Shown piece after piece: positions 54,101 through 64,000 of a stretch of DNA of 64,000 nt. The position numbers were made by a program, and so were the translations under genes. Origin of the DNA: the human T2T-CHM13v2.0 reference genome, Homo sapiens. The notes below the pieces were generated by a model. The model did not search any database, had not been told where the DNA came from, and worked only from the letters and a program-made list of their open reading frames with translations. How positions within the stretch are numbered: the first letter of the stretch is position 1; each line of letters opens with the position of its first letter. The DNA lies in NCBI RefSeq assembly GCF_009914755.1, contig NC_060933.1; one strand, 5' to 3'.

Positions 54101-56139
54101 TTAATTTTAAAATTATGTATGTGAATGTGAATAAGTTTAAGAACAGATAACAAAATGTTAAACAATGGTTTTTTTTGGATGCTCCCTTTCTAAAGTTTTT
54201 CCTTTAAACTGTTTTTAATTTACTTACTTTCTCACATTAAATATCTACTGTTTTATCATCAGAAAAACATGCACGTGTACCTGGCATACAGATACTTCTA
54301 TGAATTATAAATACAAATATCTATGTATAATAATGTTTATCTCGGCAATATTTAAAATAGAAAGTAATCAGAAACAACTGTCTTACAAAGAAAGGTTTGG
54401 ATAAATAAATTACAGTACTTCCACTGGATGTCTCTTAAAACTATGTTTCACAGGAATATTTAATAACCAGAAAAAAATGCTGATAACATAAATTTGATTA
54501 AAATACAGAACATGAAATTGCATTGGTTATGAGTCTTCTTTTTTAAAAAATAAATGCATAACTATATGTAAGTAGAAATCATACACTGCATTATAAAAAA
54601 GGCTGGTAAGAAGCAACAAATGTGAAAGTGATTATCTCTGGATGATGCATTGTCAATGGTTTTATTTTTTTCTTAACACCATTCTGTTTTCCAAATTCAC
54701 TACATAGTGAGTTTGGAAAGTGTGATATACATACAAGAATATCCAAAGGAGAAGGGGGAAGAAGGAGAGGAAATTTAAAAATAAAGCAGCCATCTGTCCC
54801 ACTGCTTTGAATTAGTTTTAATTACAGAATTTTATTCATTTTAAAATTTTAAATGACACTAGAGAAATTATTGTATCTATCACATAAAGGTATAGGTTTT
54901 TTTAAGAAACAGAGAAGCATTGCTCCAAAATGTATACTTTTAATTTAAAATGTTATAGTTTTTAATAAAGTTTAAAGTGTTAAGAGTTCTATTTTAAGTG
55001 AATATAGTTAGTAAAAATGCAATCTACTTGTAGCACTTCTGAAAATTATATTGACTATTATATCAGGAATAAATATGCCTTTATATTTTACTCGTAAGGT
55101 GCACCCACCATACCAATAAAATTAATTTAATTAATTGTTCTTTTCTCCTCTAAAAATATTATGTAGCATCATTACAAGTTAAATAGGGAAATCACTAGGT
55201 TTCTTTACTTATTTTAATATACTTTGAATGAGTTTCAATTAAGGTAATTTTTAAAGTTAATTGAAAGTTTAAGGTTAACATATTTCTGAGAAATATCACA
55301 TTCCATAGTTAGTAGTTTAAAATCACAAAATGTGAAATTGACTGCATCAAGAATATTCCTATCACTATTCACATAAATCAATATACTTGCTGAACTTTTA
55401 GTCAAAATATGCATATTTAAAAGAATAAACACTTAAAAATTAGTTACTTAAGCCATTTAAAAATCTTAGAAAAGTGTTTATAACTAAACCAGGTATTATG
55501 CTACCTAGTCATCCCACAATTATTGCATTAAATAAATGAATCTGACTAAAGCTTTTTTTCATACATGTGAAGTAATTCTAGAGTATACAATATCTTATCT
55601 TCCACATAAATAATGACAATTGGGAACAACCTCTTCAACTGTTGAAAGCTTTAATTTTCAGAAATGTCCCCTTAAATAGCATTATCATATTCATGCTTTT
55701 AATAACTTAGAGGATTTAAATGAAATGGATGATACAGCATTTCATGTCTCAGTTGTTAAAAGTTTTTCAATCTTTCCAACAAATGATTGAGACCTTGGAG
55801 ATTTTGTAACTTGTCACACATATGTTTCTTCTCAAGCCCCAGTGCAAGTTTTCTTGTATGCCAGAAAAAAATTCTTTTCTTTTACACAATAAGATTGCCA
55901 TTATAACATTAATACTTGAAACTTGATGCTTCAATTTTAAAATGTTGATATTAAGTTCATACAAGTATGTCATTTTCCACAGGCATAATGTTTGACTACT
56001 GGGTGTCTTACAAATAATCCTTAGTTTTGTATATATTAAAGTACTAAACACAAAAACATTGAATGAGCCTATATTTTTAAGATTTTTGTGGGTACAACTC
56101 AAGAGTTTTTTTTAAAACGGTCTCATGAGACAAATAGTA

Positions 56140-57190
<1,051 letters not shown>

Positions 57191-57446
57191 GATGTCGCCA
57201 TCGGAGTATACATAATAAACCTTTAGTTCCATTCAATTTGGATGAAATCAACCATTACACTTTAAAGGACTTGCCTATATAAGAGTAACTCTTTTTCACC
57301 AACAAAAGCTTGACCTATTTCAAATGTTGCATAATATCTGAATTTTGAGAACTAGAGAAAACAAGACACTGAAACATTTTTTAAAAGTTGACAATTTTTT
57401 TAAAAAAACTTCTTTTCCACAGTTAAGATGCCTGCATGCCATTTCA

Positions 57447-57877
<431 letters not shown>

Positions 57878-58615
57878 TCACTACTGCCATATCACCTTCC
57901 TCATTATTTTTAAACTAAAGCACAAAACAAGCACAATCAATACATTAAATGTGGATAAGATTTATGGACAAAACTTATAATAAGAGATTTATTCTTATGT
58001 TTATACTGATATAGTAAGAACTTTTGCCTCACTGAATGCATGTCATTTCTAAAATACTTATTTTTATACAAAAAAGAACATTTTTAAAACGGCTATGACC
58101 TGTACTGAGCAGCAATAATTCTCATAAACGATGCAGTTCTCTGAAGAAAATATTATTTTCAATTTGAAGAGCTAAATTACCTATTATCTTATTTAATTAG
58201 CATCAAGAAGCACACGTATTATCATTTTACATATTGATTATTAAATAAGCATTTACCATGTATCTACTAGGTGCCAGATACTGTTTGAGACATATGTCTG
58301 CTTGGTTCCCCGACTGAATGCAAACTCTTGCTCTTCTGGAGCCTACTCGCTAATAAGAGAAGACTAGGACTCTAAGATGCTCAATAATTCTGTCCAAAAT
58401 AGCACTGGTATGCCACACTCAGGGTTCCTGAGTTTCTGTTTCTACCACTTCTGCCTGTCTTATCTGACAAAGAATTATCAATGTTGAAATAATTAAATAA
58501 ATAAGGTATATGTTTCCTCTTTTTTGTAACAGTATTATTTCAAATTTAGTCATTAGCTTTGCTACAGCTTATACTCTTATCTAACAAAACTTTAAAAGAA
58601 AAAAAAAAGTGTTTT

Positions 58616-58926
58616 AGCCAGGCACGGTGGGTCACACTTGTAATCCCGGTACTTTGAGAGGCCGAGGTGGTCAGATGACCTGAGGTCAGGAAGTTCGAGA
58701 CCATCCTGGCCAACATGGCAAAACTCCGTCTCTACTAAAAATACAGAAAAATTAGCCAGGCGTGGTGGCATGTGTCTGTAGTCCCAGCTACTCAGGAGGC
58801 TGAGGCAGGAGAATCACTTAAGCCCAAGAGGCAGAGGTTACAGTGGGCCGAGATTACACCAAAGCACTCCAGCCAGCCTAGGAGACAGAGTGCATGGGAC
58901 TTCATCTAAAAAAAAAAAAAAAAAAA
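58616..58926 (+). mobile_element. AluS-type element
   Basis: Dimer, A tail, flanked by gtgtttt on both sides. Confidence 0.9.
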
Positions 58927-59687
58927 GGTGTTTTTTTCCTCCACATATGATTGGCAAGATGTGAAATTTTCCAAAAATATTTGTATGTTGAGGGAGAGAA
59001 GAAAGCCACTGAGGGCTAATTGAATTTCTCATATGAGAAGGCAGATGACTAAATAATAGTCAAACTCAATATTTGTAATTTTCATTTATTTACTTATATT
59101 TAAATCCTAAAATGTGATGATATCAGTGACAATCCTAAATAGTAAATGACTAACACATCAAGGATCACAAAAAAAGGCATTCCAAAGATGGAGCAGGCAA
59201 CCTAAATGACTGAGCCGATTATAAGCAGTAAGAGACAACAGGGTGTGGTGGGGACTATGGAGAAGGATCAAGCAGATGCTCCTTCGAAAGGGATGGTAAT
59301 TTGTTATCCTAATGAAATGAAGGCTCAGTATTGCAAGACAAGCCAGCATTTCATATAAAATATCCACTCTCCTAAGTGAAAGTAATTTCAGTTTTTCAAA
59401 AATACAACATCATTGTGTAACCTTTACCTCAAGCCCATTAAAAATCTACCTAAAAACAAACAAAATCTCGTGATAGAGTTAAGTAGGTAAACGTGACTTA
59501 CCATTACCATTACATCCCAAAGGATGAAAACCTAATTAAGTCACAACTAGTTATAAATTAACTATATTTTTATTTATTATTTTAAAAACTACCAACATTT
59601 TTCACAGAATTTTTATCTTTTAGAAATAATACTAAAATTTTATAGAAAAACTTAAAACTAATAAAAGTTCATTAAAATCAAGACTTA

Positions 59688-59948
<261 letters not shown>

Positions 59949-61540
59949 TCAGTATCAGAATTTGAGTTCTAGAAAATATCCACGTAGAATACAGCCAGCC
60001 ACAAGTCCAATCATTTAAAAAAAAAAAAAAAACTTGAATGTCTATTATGCCTTTCTACATAGAAATGGTGTGGTTTCGCTATCTAACCCTTGGGCAAATA
60101 ATTCTGTATACATAATAGCAGCATTACGAGAAGGTATAAAGATGTGAAAAGCCAGAGATTATATAAGAATAATTTTTTTAAACCCACCTGGCTGGAATTT
60201 AGCTAAAATGCAATTGGCAGTCAGTCTGCATGTTCGTAGAATCTCTCCTCTCTTTTGTGGTGGGAAAGGAAAGGTAGAGGGAAGGGAAACACCTGTTTGA
60301 GGGAGCAGAGGATGATTCCCTGAGCATGCAAAATTCTCTAGACTTAATCTCTCCCTGAATCAGTCCAACAAAATAAAAATTCCTCCAATCCCTACCACTG
60401 TCCTAGAAGACTAAGTCACCCATAGAACCCACAATCTTTACCCCATCAATATTTAAGCTAAGGAAGACAATAATCACCAAACTGTGTCAACACAGGTGAC
60501 ACTAAAATATAGCCAAAACAGAACAGATTTGGTTCCTAAAGCCAGACTGCCTGTAACTCCAGGTAGACTGGCCACAAAGTCCTGCTAGTGTTAATACATA
60601 GCTACTTCTCATGTAAAATTTATTCTCAAAGAGGAAGGTGATTATATGCACTGATTTAAATTTCAAGTTTGTTCATTTCAGCTAAAGATAAGTAATGCAG
60701 ATTAGAACTGTGGCTTATAGATTTATTGAGAGCAGGGTGAGAAAGTGTACCAAAATAGTTTATAACAAAATCTCAAGAATCCATTAAACACTGACAGTCT
60801 TAAACTTCAGGCAAATCTGAAACTAGTCTCCTGCACGAAGATACTTTTCCATGATAAAAGGATATTAACTCTCACATAGTTTAGAAATATATGTAACAAT
60901 ATCACAGTATAACCTTAAATTTAAAATAAGCCAAGAACCTACCCTAATTGAAAAATTAAAAATTACCAGGAAAATATCAGAAGGTATGATAGTTAAACAT
61001 ATAAACAAAGGATACTAAAAAAAAAGTATAATGCTAAAACTAATCTTAATCTACTAGTTAAACAGTTAAGAATAATTTACTTTTAATTTTATTCTATAAA
61101 AAATAACTCATTACTGACATAGTAGTCTATCAGGAAAAAAAGATCTACTATCAAAAAATTAAGCTACACATTCTTGATGTAAGTTTAATGTCATAACTTT
61201 AAAATGCCAATTATAAAGAAACAAGCTTTTTTAAAAGCTATCGATTATAGTAACACATAAATAAATTCAGAATTTACATCAACCAGATGGCCAATAGTGA
61301 AGGATATGGCACTTTCACATACTCAAAATATACCACATCAAAATTTAAGTGGTCAAGTATGGGTGAATGACTAAATATATCTATTTGTCAGAATAATTTA
61401 TTTAATTAATAAGGTTGATATATGCCACAAATATGTAAAAATTAATATTCACAAAGGTTTGGTTTTTGTTTTTTTAGCAAAATGTTATGAGAAGCTAGTT
61501 TTAACAGCTCAGTTCCACAGTGATGTTCCATAACGCAAAA

Positions 61541-61853
61541 CAGGGTCAAAGAGCTCGGGCCCGACAGGGGCCAGCAGGTATGAGAACTGAGTGAGGCTGA
61601 CGGGCAGGAACTGTGAAAAACTGAGGACACAGCTTCTGTCTAAAAACGAGCTGACTGCTGCTAGGCAGGAAACAGAGGTAAAGGTTGTTGACAACCTTCA
61701 AGAAACACCAGAAACTTGGACTTGTTTGGGAGATGCGGAATCTCCCAAATTTTAAAGGCTGGCAATTGGTTTAAAAAAAAAAATGCCACTCTGCAAGTTA
61801 AGCCAAATCATGTGCAAGTTGAAAATGGCCTATATACCTGTTTGTATACCTCT
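61541..61853 (+). mobile_element. MER102-like hAT transposon relic
   Basis: 'acaggggccagcaggt', 'aatctcccaaattttaaaggctggcaa', end 'gtttgtatacctct'. Confidence 0.6.
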
Positions 61854-61958
61854 AACACTGTATTCTGGGGGACATAATTGCCCATTTATATTAGACTAGA
61901 TCTAAAATACTTGAGGGGAATCTTTGCCCTGCCCTAAGCTCTCTTTAATAAAGAGGAG

Positions 61959-62408
<450 letters not shown>

Positions 62409-62789
62409 CTATAACCTCAAACTTACTGCCATTCAACATTTATGAAAGACTTGGCATGGAAAGGAATAATTTATGCAGGACTGTCTAGAAAATATATAGC
62501 CTATTCAGTCCATACTCAAAAACACATGTGATATGTGGCCACCAGCAAAATTGTACTTTGTTAGGTTTTCAACCACAGGGCAACACTATAAGAAATCATT
62601 TAGTAAATCTCATTGCTATATTTATTGTAAGAACATTATGGGAAATGTTCATCACATTAACAGTATGCTCTGAGGTTCCATATTATCTGTATCTGCTAGA
62701 AAGAAGATTCAAGATCATCTTCTTTACAGAGAGTATAACATATATATGTGATCAGTACATATATACGATCAACAGGATAGGCTCATGAT

Positions 62790-63010
62790 ATAGACCAGGG
62801 TTTGACTCTTGGCTCTGCCATTTACCAGTAGTGTAACTCAACAACCCTGAGCTTCAACCTACTCTTCTGTAAAATAAGAAAAATAATAGCACCTTCCTCA
62901 TAGAGCTGCTATAGTATTAAATGGCACACTTTATATGCATATATACACTGCATATAAAATGCTTGTTACTGAATTGTGTGTCTGGCCCACAAAATGCCTA
63001 AAATGTCTTT
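62790..63010 (+). mobile_element. MIR relic
   Basis: 'gggtttgactcttggctctgccatttacc', 'ctcttctgtaaaat'. Confidence 0.75.
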
Positions 63011-63149
63011 AATAAAAGCTATCTGCTGCTTTTATTCCTACCAATACTTCCACTATTGCCTCAATTCCAGAAGTACCTGTGTTTTCCAAGCCATTCTAAA
63101 CTTCATATAAGAAATCCAGAGTTTTGTTTTCTTTATTTTGCCTTTGCCA

Positions 63150-64000
63150 CAATTCTTTATCTACTTTTTAATTTAAAATTTCTGAAAAGGTAATATGCTG
63201 GCATTACACAAAATCAAGTATGATATAAAAGCAAAAAATGAAAAGTCTCACTTATTAACACAACCTGTATCTTCCATCCACATAATCAAGGAACTACTTT
63301 TATTACTTTTCTTCCAGATTTTACTTGATGAAAACATAAATGTAGACTGCTTTTCCCTCCTTCTGATACGAAGTCTAAAACGTCATAAAACAAGCACCTT
63401 GTTTATTTCATTTTATAATACATCTTACACCTCTATCAGGGTATAGACAGCTTTTTGTTTTTTCAACCACTGCACATTATTCATAAAAAGGTTACACCAT
63501 AATTTAACTAGTCCTTGACAAATAGGCACTTGAGTTGTATCCAATCTCAAAACAATACTGCAATGAAAAACTTTGAATGCCACTTCACACGTATGCAAAC
63601 TATGTGTGCACACAGACATGTGAGATTTGTGAAATAAACATATCTCACAAATTCCCAGATGTGGGACTGACATGTCAAAGGAAACATGCACATTAATCTT
63701 GATAGAATCTGTCTGATCACCCTCTACCAGTGGTATTCTCAACTGACATTCCCTCAATTGAGATTCTCTCATACATGAATTCTTTCAATTAATGTATGAG
63801 AGAGGCTGTTTTTCCATAACCTCATCAATAGAATGTTATGCTCAATTAGATTTTAGCCAATCTGATATGTGGAAAATGATATCTCAGTACATCTTAACTT
63901 ACATTTCTCTCATTTGGAGTTAAGTTAACCATGCTTTTGTGGTTGTCACCGTTTCCTTTCCCTTATTTTTCATTTTATTTTCATAAGCGTATTTTTTAAA
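63150..64000 (-). mobile_element. Old L1M relic, antisense
   Basis: 'ccataatttaactagtcc', 'ttttagccaatctgata', 'acatttctctcatt'. Confidence 0.65.

Noticed and set aside
61510-61630. Possible C/D snoRNA (gtgatgt ... ctga)
   Set aside because: Box C incomplete, no terminal stem, antisense to the host gene, overlaps a MER102-like relic.

Overview
Primate (hominid, most likely human) genomic DNA lying entirely inside AGTPBP1 (cytosolic carboxypeptidase 1, CCP1/NNA1, the tubulin deglutamylase), transcribed on the minus strand. I read 11 consecutive GT-AG coding exons (59772 down to 13804; 1488 nt, about 496 codons, frame continuous across every junction). They encode the CCP N-domain motifs (FESGNL, WFYF, YPYTY) and the M14 zinc-carboxypeptidase catalytic domain (HPGE, NPDG, DLNR, DYHGH, YTME). 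From memory of the 26-exon human gene these are probably exons 15-25; the last exon lies beyond position 1. The rest is intronic and mostly transposon-derived: about 18 Alus, a full-length SVA with a 17-bp target-site duplication, a proviral MLT1A with a nested Tigger3, MER21, MLT1, a composite ~6.8-kb L1, and many old L1/L2/MIR/DNA-transposon relics. Almost all entries in the ORF track are repeat-derived noise. I cannot support a new gene or new biological system here. The most interesting unexplained structure is a set of micro-rearrangement scars: an Alu-associated micro-inversion, a perfect 40-bp direct repeat bracketing the zinc-ligand exon, and several template-switch hairpins in old L1 DNA, including a 65-nt pre-miRNA-sized one. 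Also notable are an antisense SVA in the last intron and four AAG splice acceptors out of 11. Repeat family names and boundaries are recognised by eye and approximate.
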